Assembly: GCA_964187785.1 (NCBI GenBank)
Contig: OZ076409.1
Span: 57,104,001-57,168,000 of the forward strand
Source of the DNA: Amphiscolops sp. MND2022
Taxonomy: Eukaryota
DNA length: 64,000 nucleotides
Reading direction: 5' to 3'
The first letter of the stretch is position 1. Every line of letters starts with the position of its first letter. The notes under the pieces were generated by a model, which was given only the letters and a program-made list of their open reading frames with translations, ran no database searches and was not told where the DNA came from. Of the stretch, positions 36,790 to 51,342 are shown piece by piece. Made by a program: the position numbers and the translations under genes.

Positions 36790-38820
36790 GTCACTTGGCC
36801 TAAGTGTTAACGCGGATTTCCCGCGGTCTAGGGAGCAGGGGCACGTGGTGTTCGATCCTTTTTTTAAAATTCCTTTTTAATTGTTTCGGCACTATGCGAC
36901 TTTTTTCACATTTTTTTCCAATCCTTAACTCCCTCCATCGATTTTCAGCAGAAACAACAGCGTTTTGCAAGCATAGATGGCCACTTTTAGTTTTTTCGAT
37001 ACTACGCGACTTACCGAAGTAAATATTGCTTTTGTGCGGTTTTTTGTAAAAGAAACATGTTTCCCGAGTTTTGAAAGTGACTCCTTTGTTATTTTTCATA
37101 ATGTGGAACTGAGGAGTTTTCTTACTAATTGTGGAAAAAATCTTAGTTTTTTCCGGATCTGTGCATCTTTTTTTTCGCGCTCGCTTTCATAGCTGATTTC
37201 AGCTTCAGAAATGATAGTTTTCCGAGCCGAAACTTTTTTCGTGACTATGAGACTTTTTAAAAAAAACTGACAAAACGTTAACTTTCAACAATTGATTTTT
37301 AGTCGTCGCCTTTTCTCTTAAGGAAAAAAGCGCGACTATTACAGTGGGTAGTTTTTAGTCGGCGCTTTTCTAGTGAAAAGAGTCCGACTAGTACAGTGGC
37401 TAGTTTTTTTTTCGTCAGACTACAATCTCACTCTGATTGGGTCATTTTTCTTACAATCGAAACTACTAAAACTACTACCATAAGGCCAAGTCCGGTCAGC
37501 GGAACTTAGTGCAAAAGGGTCCCCCCTTCCATTTTTTACTTTTTTAACGTAACCGACAAAACCGGACGAGACTAAAGGGTCCCCCCTTTCGATTTTTTTT
37601 CGGCATTGTGCGACTTTTTTCGAAAATTTTTTAATGTCTCAAAAGAGTCCCCTTTTCGAGTTTTGTGATATTTTGCAACAGAATATATGTTAATAAAGCC
37701 CAAAGAGTCCCCTTTTTACATTTTTCGGCACTATGCGACATTTTTTGAAAAAAAAATCAAAAATTTCAAGTTTTTTTTCAAAAAAAGTCTTTTGCGCTTT
37801 TTGAGCCGACTTTAGACGTTCTTGTTTTTTCTTCAGACTACAATCCTCACACTGATAGGTCCACTTTTTTTAGAAACAATCCTGAAACCACCTAAGGGCA
37901 AATCCCGCCAAGACAAACTTAGTCCAAAGGGTCCCCCTTTAATTTTTTACTTTTTCAAGAAAAGCTACAAAACCGGACGTGCCTAAATGGTCCCCCCTTT
38001 GGATTTTTTCGGCACTGTGCGACTTTTTTTCGAAAATTTTTAAATGTCCCCAAAGGGTCCTCCCTTCGGGTTTTTCGATATTTTGCAACGGAATGAATGT
38101 TAATAAATCCAGAAGGGTCCCCTTTTTACATTTTTCGGCACTATGCGACTTTTTTTGAGGGAAAAAATGTCAAAAATTTCAATTTTTTTCCAAAAAAAAT
38201 TCTTTGCGCTTTTTGAGCCTTAGATATGGCGCCGACTTTAGACGTTCTCGTCTTGTTTCTTTTTCAGCTGACAATCTCACTCTGAATGGTCCTTTTTTTA
38301 CAATCTTTTTGTTCATTTGTTCAATTAAATTTCTGAGAAGCAGGAGATCGTGGATCCGATTCTCGCACTAAACCATAAATTTTTTTATGCTTCCAAAAAA
38401 AGAGGCGAGACCAAAGGGTCCCCAGGGTCCCCCCTTTGGTTTTTTTCGGCACTATGCGACTTTTGTTCGAAAATTTTCGAATTCTATCAAAGGATACCCC
38501 CTTGCATTTTTTTGAAGTTTTTGGGTCGTAAAAACGTTTAATGAGCCTAAATGGCTTTTTTTGAGTTTTTCGGCATCGTGCGACTTTTTTAAAAAATACT
38601 TCCAAATGTTTCCAATAGTTGTTCCTTGAATATTTTTGACCATTAGATATGGCACCGACTTGGGACGTTGCCGTCTTGTTTGTATTTCAGTCGGTAAAAA
38701 AGTGGTTTCCGAGTCTTATGCGTATCCTTTAAGGTATATTTCGGCACTGAGAAATTGGAGGTTTGACAATGACGTCCTTTGCATTTTTAGGAAACTTGAG
38801 CGGGCCGCTTGTTATTGATG
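36790..38820. repeat. Cluster of nested/tandem copies of a modular non-autonomous repeat family
   Basis: Recurring TTTTCGGCACTATGCGACTTTTT, AAAGGGTCCCCC and TAGATATGGC(G/A)CCGACTT modules; 37500-37830 is duplicated at 37915-38260; related pieces at 58800-59350. Confidence 0.65.
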
Positions 38821-39030
38821 GTTCTTCTCCAAAACGTCTGATCTGAGACTAAACCGGTTCAAATGGTTTTGCAATTTAGAATATACACATGTTGCAGCAC
38901 CTTCTGCACACCATTGAACGTATCTGCTGGAAGCCAAGCGCGTCATGCCGTGGCGTCTATGTGTTTTTTCTTTGCGGCATTCGTTTCAAAAATGTGGTTT
39001 CATAAATTTTAAACGGCCGGAACAACGTTG

Positions 39031-39443
39031 TGTGATGCCATGATGCATGTCCTCAAAGATTCTACAAATCTGAAATACTCTGAACTCTAAACCAAAGTAA
39101 TTAGTAAATGTAATCTCATTTGAAAGCTAATTATTCTAGAAGAAACTTCACTTAATATATCCTGTAACAAGCTTCTTAGATTCATCCTGTTGCTGTCACA
39201 TTGTTAATTGATGAAACCTACCCTAGTTAATAGAATATATCTACTTGGAGAAATTGAGAATTCATCCAGACAATCGGTCTTCTCTCCAGCACTTCAAGAA
39301 CTGAGATCTCAGAAATAGATTGTACTTAGAACTAGCTAGCTACCAGGTATAAAGTAAGACGACTCCGCTGTTATAATCTAAGACTTCTTATGTCTGTAAT
39401 CAAACAACTAAAAGAAACAACCACCACACTTTTTAACAGCTCA
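39031..39443 (+). repeat. 5' LTR of element B (413 bp)
   Basis: Direct repeat of 58141-58552 with roughly 15 differences by eye. Confidence 0.95.
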
Positions 39444-39445
39444 AT

Positions 39446-39460
39446 TGGTGCGACCAAGAA
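39446..39460 (+). other. Primer-binding site of element B (TGGTGCGACC...)
   Basis: TGG motif 2 nt after the LTR end; tRNA not identified. Confidence 0.65.
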
Positions 39461-39638
39461 AATTCTTCTTTCTCTCCCATTCATTTTACAACTCTACAAT
39501 TGTTGTACACCTTTTCTCGACTTTCTCATCCGATATCTCTTTGTTCGACACACAGTTTCTCCACCTCTCAATATCGCCTACCGTTATTAACTTCAACGTT
39601 GCAACTAATTTCCACTAGAAATGGATTCGTGTTGCTAT

Positions 39639-39768
39639 GGTTCTGACTACGTCTCCTCACGTTATTCCTGTCAGTTACAATTCTTGGTTCTGACTGCGTT
39701 TCTCAACGTAATTCCTGTCAGTCATTTTTCTTGGTTCTGACTACGTTTATTCGCGTAATTCTTGTCAG
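39639..39768 (+). repeat. Three ~46-bp tandem repeats in the element B leader
   Basis: TGGTTCTGACT(A/G)CGT...(A/T)ATTC(C/T)TGTCAGT x3. Confidence 0.8.
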
Positions 39769-40167
39769 TAAAAATTTTTCGTTCCAACCACCTCTGAAAG
39801 AATTCGTGTTGGCTTTCTCTCTTTCTTCCGTTCCAACCGCAGACGTGCGATACGTGTTGGCCCTTCTACAGTGCTATCCAGCGATACCTGCTAGTAAAAA
39901 AATTCTTTGGTTCTAGCCGCTAGGATCAACTTTAAAGTTGGCACATTTATATAACATATATTTTTACATAACACCATTATAACACTTTTCTTTCTCTCTC
40001 TTCTATAGTACAAACACCATACAAAACTCTTTCAAAACAAGTTTACGGATCCAAATACATAACAATTAAAATATATAACAAATATAATAAACTTCTTTTA
40101 TCCTACATCTATATAATACATTTTTATACAACCTCTTTGACGCACTCTTAATTGAACTCTATTGTAC

Positions 40168-40290
40168 ATGCCGTCATCAGTAGACATTGTAGTCAAGCTC
40201 ATTGTCTGCTTTTGGTTCTTTATTGCTATTGTTGCCGGTCTTGCACTTTTTCTTGACAAATTCTTATTTTCGTTCATACCAAAAGTTTAA
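40168..40290 (+). CDS. Small hydrophobic leader ORF (40 aa, single TM-like)
   Basis: MPSSVDIVVKLIVCFWFFIAIVAGLALFLDKFLFSFIPKV*, translated by hand. Confidence 0.35.
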   Translation: MPSSVDIVVKLIVCFWFFIAIVAGLALFLDKFLFSFIPKV

Positions 40291-40309
40291 AGTACAACCT
40301 TTTCCTTCT

Positions 40310-40552
40310 ATGTTAACAAGTATAGTACTACCTCTTTTTGGACTGCTTAGTATCTACCATACCTTTTATACACTTATCCAATATATACAAAACCCATTCC
40401 TTCTTTTCATAAGTACAGCACTTAAAATCTTCTTACAAGTTGTATTCATAGACCAAATCTTACCATATAATTCACAATTCAATACAAAATATCTTCTTTC
40501 ATCTATCCTTTATGGCAATCTTATTATACTAACTAAATCTTACACCATATAA
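40310..40552 (+). CDS. Second hydrophobic leader ORF (80 aa); its stop overlaps the gag start (TAATG)
   Basis: MLTSIVLPLFGLLSIYHTFY...TKSYTI*; TAA 40550-40552 overlaps ATG 40552-40554. Confidence 0.35.
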   Translation: MLTSIVLPLFGLLSIYHTFYTLIQYIQNPFLLFISTALKIFLQVVFIDQILPYNSQFNTKYLLSSILYGNLIILTKSYTI

Positions 40553-43500
40553 TGCTTCCTACTCCATTTACATTAAATACAGAAAAAAGACAAAACCGAT
40601 CTCTCATACAAGATGTAACACCTTTTCTGAATAACATCATTTTTCAGTACACAAATCCACTTCCATTTGAAACAGAACCCCATACAGTACATACTATTCC
40701 ATTAGCACGAGAACATTGTGATTCTTATCTTTATTGCATTCGATAAAAAACACTTGAAATAACATCATCACAAACCCCTTTCCAAGTTACTTTTAACCCG
40801 GTTAAGGGAATAAACTCTGGAACATTTTATAGAACCATTCACCCACAAATTATCAGACTTTCTATACAAGATGTTTTCCATACATATATGCAAAAATTCA
40901 TCCAATTCAATGAAAACCAGGACACACCACTCTATTATCCTTCTCACCTACAAAAACTGAAACACAGATCTGAATATTTCGAGGTCCCTGATCTTGACAC
41001 AAAAGTTCAAAGACATGATAACTCTCGTTATTGGCTACAACGAGATATTTTACAAATAAAAAATTTTCAATATATATTCTTTAACAACATTATCCTTACG
41101 GATGACACTATACCTCAAGTCAAAATTTTTACCCAAATCCTATTAAAGTTTCTTAGATTTAACTATCAATTACTTTGGGAACAAAAAGATCAACAAGCTT
41201 ACATTAACTTCCCTCAAATTTTAACACATATAGAACTTTTACCATATATTGTCAAAAATGAAAACAAACAGTTACAATACAGAGATCTTACATCATTCAA
41301 TGTTACACATTTTGAACAAATAAACTTAGATCACAACTTTTTGCTTGAACATTCTGAAACATCAGATAACAGACCTTTTATTACATCCGATACTTCTCCT
41401 GAAACAACTTCTGAAGAACAAACCTCTAATGTTTGAACCTTTATATACGAGACAACAATCAGAACAATCAGAACAAGAAGCCCTTGCTAACTTGTTTCAA
41501 AATTCTGATCCTCCTCAAGATCAACCACTATACCCACCACTATCACAAATCTGAGATATACAACAACCAAATCCGTCTGAAACAACTACAATTCAAGATA
41601 CATCAGAATTCTCTGAAGAAACAGTACAAAATACACGAAGTTTTACAATTACTGATGATTCAAATATTATAATAATTCCTGCACACAAAATTACACAAAA
41701 TGAATTTAACAACCAAAATCAAGACAACACTTTCACTACAAATCCAGACAATACCTCTGTTTTATCTACATCCAATTCTAATATTACACAACCTTCTCAG
41801 ACACAAGTACCATCTCCTCGAATTTATAATCCACCTCCTGTCCCACCTCAATTCTCAACTCAGATAAACACCCATAATTCTCCTCAACAAAGCTCATCAA
41901 ATACACACCATATTACACAGAACACTAATACAGTACATTTTCAAACACCAATCCCACCATCATCTACTGAAATACAAACTTCAACTTATACTCCAGCTCA
42001 AACTAATCCAGTACCAACTACACAACCTACATTAAATGTTAACACCATTCATTCCAACCCATCCTTTAATTATACCACTGCCAGACATCTTTCTTGACCT
42101 CCATTACAAACCATATTAACTAATCCATTATCGTACAGTCTTACCAATACTAATCCAAGTCATACACAACAATCTCAGATAAATTATAACACACCCAATC
42201 CATTAAATACTCTTTCTTCTCAACATACGTCTAATACAATCACACCTACATTACAAACTTCCCAATTTCAAATACAAAATCCTCCTTCAACAACAATAAG
42301 AACCAACCCTCACTTTCATAACACTTCTACTACTTCTTTAACTAATTTTTCGAATGATCCTACTGACAATACAATACCAACATCTACCGTATCTTATAAT
42401 ACTATGTCACAACCAACATATATTAACTCTTCTACTTCTATATCGGAACCCATTAAACCTTTCGATGGACTAGATCATAATTATACACCTGAAGAATATT
42501 TACAACATATTGAGGCACGTGTTACATTCTCTTTAGGTTTACAACCTACATCAGAACATGAATATAAATTTTGGCACGCTCGTCGCATAACTTTCATACA
42601 ATGCTCTTTAACAGGTACAGCACTTAGCTGGTATATTCGTTCAAACGACACCTATAAACATGATTGGCACGCTTTTGTACAAGCTTTCAAAAAACAATTT
42701 TCTTCACAAAAGAACGCATATTATGCTTAAGTTGAAGCCCTTAGTTTAACCAAAAAAGATAACGAAACAGTACGCCATTTTGCACTCAAAGTTCAACAGC
42801 TGGTTGAAAAAAGCTGGTGCAATGAGAATGCATCCACTATTAACCTTAAATGTAATGAAATCTTTACAAAAGGACTTCCAAAAAATCTCAAAGACTTTGC
42901 AAACAAAAGACAAGTAAAACACACTTCCACTGTTTTAAAACCTTCAATTCCTTTTCATACACTAGTAAAACTTGTTGACGCTGAAGATATCGCAAATGAC
43001 AAAATCAGAACACATGATCTTGCACTTGAAATTAATAATATTACAAAACAACTGAACACTCAAACTCTTGACCCTTCATCTCAAGAACAACTTATGTTTA
43101 CACAACCCAAAGATCCAAATAACAAAAGTAAACCTGCATATAAGAAATATTGCTCCTACTGTCATAGAACAAATCACTCCATTTCTGCTTGTTTCAAAAA
43201 ACAACGAGATGAAGAAGATAAACGATAAGCACATGCTCGATCTAAATCTCCACAAAAATCTTTTGTACAATACTTTCGTTCTCCTTCAAACGATAGAACA
43301 AAACACTATGATATTCGATGCCGAAGTCGAAGTACCTCAAGAGACAACTCTTACAATAAAAACTATTCACAAAATCGATACCGTTCTACATCTAGAGATA
43401 GATTTAGTTACGATAAAAGTACTACTCCTCCAGACTACTCTAGATCACGATATGAAACATACAAACGTGATTCCCGGTCCAACCGTTCTCCTTACAGATC

Positions 43501-46500
43501 TTCATACAGATCCTCATATCGACACAACTCTCGTCCTAGACACAGATCACGCTCCTATTCCAGAAACAACAAATTCACAAAATATACAATTTCATACAGA
43601 CCACCTTCAAGACCAAGAGACTGTAGATATTCTAGATCTCACACTCCAATTCTAGAAACAAAATTAATATGATACAACAAGAAGACCAATCTGACCCTAG
43701 AAAATTTGAAGTACACATGTATCACCCAACAGCAATGGCAAATGCTGTTACACCTACAAGTTGGTTTTATACACTATATGTACATACACCATCAAGTATA
43801 GTACAAAGAGACAACCCATCTAGATTGGAAAATGCGTTCCTTCTAGATAGCTGTGCTTCTATTTCTGTATTAAACTACCCAACATACATAACTCTTACGA
43901 AACTCTTAGATATCAGATCAAATCACACTTCCGATGTTGGACCAACTCGAAATTCCAAAACATTAACCGTTGCAAACCAAACTGAAGTTCCTATTTTACA
44001 CTATGCAAATATATTTCTGAACACTACTATTGATGAGAACTCCCGTTACTTTTCAGTACCTTTTGCAGTAGCTGATATCAAATACAACATTCTTGGCACA
44101 CCCTTCTTTGAAGATAATATACAAAACATAAACATACAAGACTTTACACTCGAATTCAAATACCAATCAAAAACACACCCAAATTATACAAAGTTCACAA
44201 CACTCCTATCTAAAGCTTATCCATATTTCTCTTACATTTATAGAATTAATTCAAAGACTCAAATACGCCTAAAACCCAAGTCTTCGAAAATTGCACACTT
44301 TCCAATAAAAAATTATCAAAACCTCCATTTTACAACTACACCACAAAACCACTTCTTCCCTTCAGTACCTCATACCTATTTTGCTACTAAGTTTCGTATA
44401 AATTTCAATTTTATGAAGTATTCACTGATGACAAACCAGATATCTGTGCAACTATCATCCAAAACACCTCACAACATGTTGCAACACTACCTACAGGACA
44501 TATTGGATACATTGAAGTTCCAATTACTAATGAAAAACCCAAACTCTTCCAAGTTATTGATATTAACACTTTAATACATAATGTTACTCATACCTACCAT
44601 CCTGAAATTACTGAACCAATTCCACAAACTAAATATATCGTACAATACGATGATCCTACAACCCTCCTCCTCAATTCTCTTTACATCAAATTTATAAGAC
44701 AAACGATGACATTCCAAATGAAACTTCTCCTTTATATACCATTCAGCCTACTTTTCATACTTCCGAAAAACGCATTTTTCCTTCTCTACCATACACTTCT
44801 GAAAATCTGAAATTTAATAAAAAAAATTTAACTTCCAATTTTCTGACCTTACAGACACCGAATACATTACTCTTTGCAATATGTTACTCAAGTATAAAAC
44901 ATGTTATGCAACTCATAAAAACGATGTTGGAAAAATCTCAACACCCTTCCGTATCCGACATAAACCTAATGCTCAACTTATGACACAACGTCCTTCTAAA
45001 GTCCCTATTCACTACCGAGACAAACTACATCAGATTATGAATATAAATTTTGGCACGCTCGTCGCATGGCTTTCATACAATGCTCTTTAACAGGTACAGC
45101 ACTTAGCTGGTACATTCGTTCAAACGACACCTATAAACATGATTGGCACGCTTTTGTACAAGCTTTCAAAAAACAATTTTCTTCACAAAAGAACGCTTAT
45201 TATGCTCAAGTTGAAGCCCTTAGTTTAACTAAAAAAGATAACGAAACAGTACGCCATTTTGCACTCAAAGTTCAACAGCTGGTTGAAAAAAAGCTGGTGC
45301 AATGAGAATGCATCCACTATTAACCTTAAATGTAATGAAATCTTTACAAAAGGACTTCCAAAAAATCTCAAAGACTTTGCAAACAAAAGACAAGTAAAAC
45401 ACACTTTCACTGTTTTAGAACCTTCAATTCCTTTTCATACATTAGTAAAACTTGTTGACGCTGAAGATATCGCAAATGACAAAATCAGAACACATGATCT
45501 TGCACTTGAAATTAATAATATTACAAAACAACTGAACACTCAAACTCTTGACCCTTCATCTCAAGAACAACTTATGTTTACACAACCCAAAGATCCAAAT
45601 AACAAAAATAAACCTGCATATAAGAAATATTGCTCCTACTGTCATAGAACAAATCACTCCAATTCTGCTTGTTTCAAAAAACAACGAGATGATGAAGATA
45701 AACGAGAAGCACATGCTCGATCTAAATCTCCACAAAAATCTTTTGTACAAAACTTTCGTTCTCCTTCAAACGATAGAACAAAACACTATGACAATCGATA
45801 CCGAAGTCGAAGTACCACAAGAGACAACTCTTACAATAAAAACTATTCACAAAATCGATACCGTTCGACATCTAGAGATAGATTTAGTTACGATAAAAGT
45901 ACTACTCCTCCACACTACTCTAGATCACGATATGAAACATACAAACGTGATTCCCGGTCCTACCGTTCTCCTTACAGATCTTCATACAGAACCCCATATC
46001 GACACAACTCTCGTCCTAGACACAGATCACGCTCCTATTCCAGAGACAACAAATTCACAAAATATACAAATTCATACAGACCACCTTCAAGACCAAGAGA
46101 CTCTAGATTTTCTAGATCTCACACTCCAATTCTAGAAACAAAATTAATATGATACAACAAGAAGACCAATCTGACCCTATAAAATTTGAAGTACACATGT
46201 ATCACCCAACAGCAATGGCAAATGCTGTCACACCTACAAGTTGGTTTTATACATTATATGTACATACACCATCAAGAATAGTACAAAGAGACAACCCATC
46301 TAGATTGGAAATTGCATTCCTTCTAGATAGCGGTGCTTCTATTTCTGTATTAAACTACCCAACATACATAACTCTTACGAAACTCTTAGATATCAGATCA
46401 AATCACACTTCCGATGTTGGACCAACTCGAAATTCCAAAACATTAACAGTTGCAAACCAAACTGAAGTTCCTATTTTACACTATGCAAATACATTTCTGA

Positions 46501-49500
46501 ACACTACTATTGATGAGAACTCCCGTTACTTTTCAGTACCTTTTGCAGTAGCTGATATCCAATACAACATTCTTGGCACACCCTTCTTTGAAGATAAAAT
46601 ACAAAACATAAACATACAAGACTTTACACTCGAATTCAAATACCAATCAAAAACACACCCAAATTATACAAAGTTCACAACACTCCTATCTAAAGCTTAT
46701 CCATATTTCTCTTACGTTTATAGAATTAATTCAAAGACTCAAATACGCCTAAAACCCAAGTCTTCGAAAATTGCACACTTTCCAATAAAAAATTATCATA
46801 ACCTCCATTTTACAACTACACCACAAAACCACTTCTTCCCTTCAGTACCTCATACCTATTTTGCTACTAAATTTCGTATAAATTTCAATTTTATGAAGTA
46901 TTCACTGATGACAAACCAGATATCTGTGCATCTATCATCCAAAACACCTCAGAACATGTTGCAACACTACCTACAGGACATATTGGATACATTGAAGTTC
47001 CAATTACTAATAAAAAACCCAAATTCTTCCAAGTTAATGATATTAACACTTTAATACATAATGTTACTCATACCTACCATCCTGAAATTACTGAACCAAT
47101 TCCACAAACTAACTATATCGTACAATACGATGATCCTACAACCCCTCCTCCTCAATTCTCTTTACATCAAATTTATATGACAAACGATGACATTCCAAAT
47201 GAAACTTCTCCTTTATATACCGTTCAGCCTACTTCTCATACTTCCGAAAAACGCATTTTTCCTTAACTACCATACACTTCTGAAAATCTGAACTTTACTA
47301 AGAAAATTTAACTTCCAATTTTCTGACCTTACAGACACCGAATACATTACTCTTTGCAATATGTTACTCAAGTATAAAACATGTTATGCAACTCATAAAA
47401 ACGATGTTGGAAAAATCTCAACACCCTTCCGTATCCGACATAAACCTAATGCTCAACTTATGACACAACGTCCTTCTAAAGTCCCTATTCACTACCGAGA
47501 CAAACTTAATATACTTCTCAAAGAACTCGAAAAATATAACATTATCAAACAAATTGGTTCCTCTCCACAAAACAAACCCGTTTATGGCACAACTTATTTA
47601 AACCCTCTCATTTTAATCCCCAAGGGAGATACTATAAAATGTGTATTAGACGCTCGACATCTTAACTCCAATACAGAACAATCTGATGAATCTTGGCCTA
47701 TTGAACCTCTCGCTCCACAATTAGCACGCGCAAACAAAAAGTACAAATCTGCTACTGATCTTATGTATGCCTATGCACATACACCTCTTGATGAAGACAC
47801 TATTAAACTTACCTGTTTCTCCTCAGGAGATAAACTTTTCGCTTTCATCCGAGGCTTTTATGGTCTCAAAGGACTCCCAAACTTCTTTACAAAACAAATG
47901 TCTACCTTCTTCAAAACTCTTATAGAACAAGGTTTTGCTCTTGTCTACATTGACGATATATTACTTTTACCTGACTCTAAAGAACACATGTTCCAACTCA
48001 TAAAACAACCACACATTATTAGTACAAAAAACAATCTTAAAATAGCCCCTGAAAAATCCTTTTTCATGCTTCTTAAAGTCAAACTTCTTGGACATGAAAT
48101 TGGTTATAACACAATTAAACCAATCCATTCGAAAATTGCAGCTATCCATAAAATCCCTTCTCCAACTGGCAAAGTTGCCCTGATGAGTTTCATTGGTGCA
48201 CTCAATTTTTACACCAAATTTATTGAAAAACTACATATTAACCTCAAACCATTTTACGATCTTTTACATGAGAACACTCCTTGGAAATGGACAGACGAAC
48301 ACGAAAGTCTTTTCCAAAAACTTAAAATGTCTCTCACTTCTGAAACAGAACTTACAATACCAAATACAAAACATCCCTTTTTCATTACAGTTGACGCTTC
48401 CCTTATTGGATTAGGCGCTGTCTTATTCCAATTAAATGAACAAAACAAAATGAAAGTTATATCGTACAACTCTCGTATACTTAACCCACAAGAACAAAAA
48501 CTCTCCACACTTGATAGAGAACTTCTTGGTATAGCACATGCCCTCCAAATTTATGAATTTCTTATCATTGGTTCTCCTCATCCAATACACATTTTTACTG
48601 ATCACAAACCTTTAATACATTGTTTTACAAAGAAAGGTAACCTTAGTCCTCGTTTCTATAGAGCTCAAATGCAATTAACAAAACTTTCAAAACTCAAAAT
48701 AATTCACACTCCTGGAAAAAATCTCTGTTGCCGATATGTTTAGTCGCTCTTTTACAAAAGCTGAGTTACAACTCAACCAATTAAAACATAAACAACTTCC
48801 ACCACAAATCCATTTTGCACTTCTACAAGATAACGCTCTTAAACCTGTACATTACTTAATTAAACATGAAGAAATTTTACCTCATCAAAAACATGACTCT
48901 CACCCAATTCTCAGTGATTATGGTACAGACCAATTCTCTATTCGTATCAATGATAAAGGAAATGACATTGTTGTCAAACCGTTACAATCTTTCTCATTCA
49001 AATCTATAACTCCTTTTCAAACCAAGTTCAAAACACCTATAAAAAAAACAATGAAACCCTTCATCAACAATCTCTCTTACTCAATGATACTGATGTTACA
49101 AGCGATGACGAAGATCATATATATATATATATATATATACCAGAATTCCAAAATCTGACTCTTCTTTCCTACATGACACAACATTACAAACAGAAAACTA
49201 TTCTACTCTTAAACAATTAACCCCAAATACGGCACAAAAATCTGTTTCTGCAATAAATGTACAACCAAATCTACCATCTCTCACACATTGTCCACAGATT
49301 ATACCTTTCTATGATACATCATTTTTTTAGTACAAAAACGACTTTCAAGGTTTTTTCCTCACAGATGACTATTCATTAGACATAACAACACTTCAGCAAC
49401 AACAATCCCAAGACCCGGTTCTTAGAACTGTTTATTCTTGGATCATAAGAAATGAAAAACCTGAGACTCTAACACCACTTATCACTGGCACTCCTTTTCT

Positions 49501-51256
49501 ACATCCTTTTTACAAACGATTTACAAAACTTTTTATAGATGACTCCGCAAATCTTATTAGCCTTTATACTAAACACCCTACTACTCTAAACCAATCTTCT
49601 ACTCCAGATTTTGTACGCGCTACTATTCGAATATGTCTTCCATTTCGACTCTTCAAAACTGTTTTTAACAAACTTCATGAACACTCCCATACAGGCATCA
49701 AAATTACATATAACACATTCACACAATACTACTACATTCCATTTGTTGAAAAATGGCTTTCCATTTTTATACATGACTGTATCGAATGTCAACGCAATAA
49801 ACACTTCAACAAGAAAATTCAAACTGCTCCTACACAATCCTTTCCAGAACATGCTCCATCCTTCAATTACCGCATTTCAATGGATACTAAAGGACCTATT
49901 AATCCTCCTTCCCACAACAAATCATATATACATGTAATAATTGACGCTTTCAGTCACTTTGTTGTTACAGTACCCATCAAATCAAACAACGCAAAGACTG
50001 CTATCAAAACTCTTCTACACCATTGGATTATTAAATTTGGACCACCTATATATCTTGTCACTGATCGTGGATCAGAATATGTTAATAAAGAAATGGCACA
50101 CCTTTGTACACTTATGGGAATTCGTCACTCTCCAAGAACAGCCTACTCTCCTTGGACAAATGGCCTTGTCGAAGTACAAAACAGAAATCTTGGTACACAT
50201 CTACGAATGTTCTTACATGACATACCTAAAGATTGGGCATTCCAAGTCCATATGTACGCTTATGCACATAATTCACAACCACTTTCAGAACTCAGTATTT
50301 CTCCAAATGAAATTGTTTTTCACACCAGACCCAGAATTCCCCTTACGTTCGATCTAAATCTTAACAGAGACACCTCTAAAACATGTATTTCACGCTATTG
50401 CTCTCAACTTCCAGAACACTCCCACTGTGATAAATCGGATCTTAACCCATTTTTTTATAAAACACTTTCAAAACCCATTCCACAATGGTTTCTCGCTGTA
50501 GAAACTGCTATGTTACAAATTTATTCCACCGTATACGAAAACACTTTACGAAAAATCAATTCACACGCATACATTACGAAAACATACCACGAAGGTAAAC
50601 CCCTTCCTATTGGTACCTTTGTTTTAAAACGCAATTTCACACACGTACACTTTTCTGACAAACTAAAACCCCTTCCGATTGGACCATACAAAATTATTGA
50701 TAGACTATCAGATGTTACGTATGAACTACTTGCACAAGATGGCTTTACAATACATGTTCATTGAAATCATTTAATTCCATATTATCCAAAAGAACCACTC
50801 TTATATCCACAGTTGCGTAGTTTCATGCGCTTTTCAGACACAACTCAATTCCAAATTCCACAACCTACCAAATATGCAAACAGTGATTCTTCCCCTTTTA
50901 ACTCAGACGAATCCTTGACAGACGAAGATTCTCAAACATTCATGACACCATCCACAACGGATAATTCTTCTCAAACATTTGTGACACCATCATCATTTAG
51001 AACGTCCAATCAAAATACACAATCTATAACATCCAATGACAAGTCTTTAACTTCCTCAACCAATGACAACTCCTTATATAAACATATAACTAACACCCCT
51101 CACACTAATATTTCTAGTGACAGATCAAGACACCCTTCTAATAACCAAACAACTTCACTCCCTCCTCTAATTGACAGAACTACTTAAACTACTTATAAAC
51201 TACGACAACAACCCAAATTAGATTATAGACTTTTTATTACACCCTCAAAACTGTAA
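40552..51256 (+). pseudogene. Element B gag-pol polyprotein, disrupted by stops, frameshifts and an internal duplication
   Basis: KPFDGLD capsid-like start, CSYCHRTNHS..AC knuckle, RS-rich region, LDSGAS protease, YIDD RT, VDAS/DRELL/TDHKPL RNase H, integrase MDTKGP...TDRGSEY...GLVE, tail YKLRQQPKLDY. Confidence 0.92.
42548..47506 (+). repeat. Tandem duplication of ~2.48 kb (42548-45026 and 45027-47506) covering gag C-terminus, protease and RT start
   Basis: Paired ORFs 43669/46149 and 43068/45548 are offset by 2480 nt; junction GACAAACT|ACATCAG. Confidence 0.95.
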
Positions 51257-51342
51257 CCTCATCATTCTACCCGTCGGCTCACTCGAAACTAGTCACTACA
51301 GCTGAATGAAAGATAACCAATAACAAGTTATCTCAAAGATAA

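Noticed and set aside
43068..46135. Two 195-aa ORFs (43068, 45548) as separate genes
   Set aside because: Alternative-frame overlaps of the RS-rich gag region; sequence with few G opens such frames by chance.
49117..49139. (TA)n run inside element B pol
   Set aside because: Simple microsatellite expansion in a dead copy.
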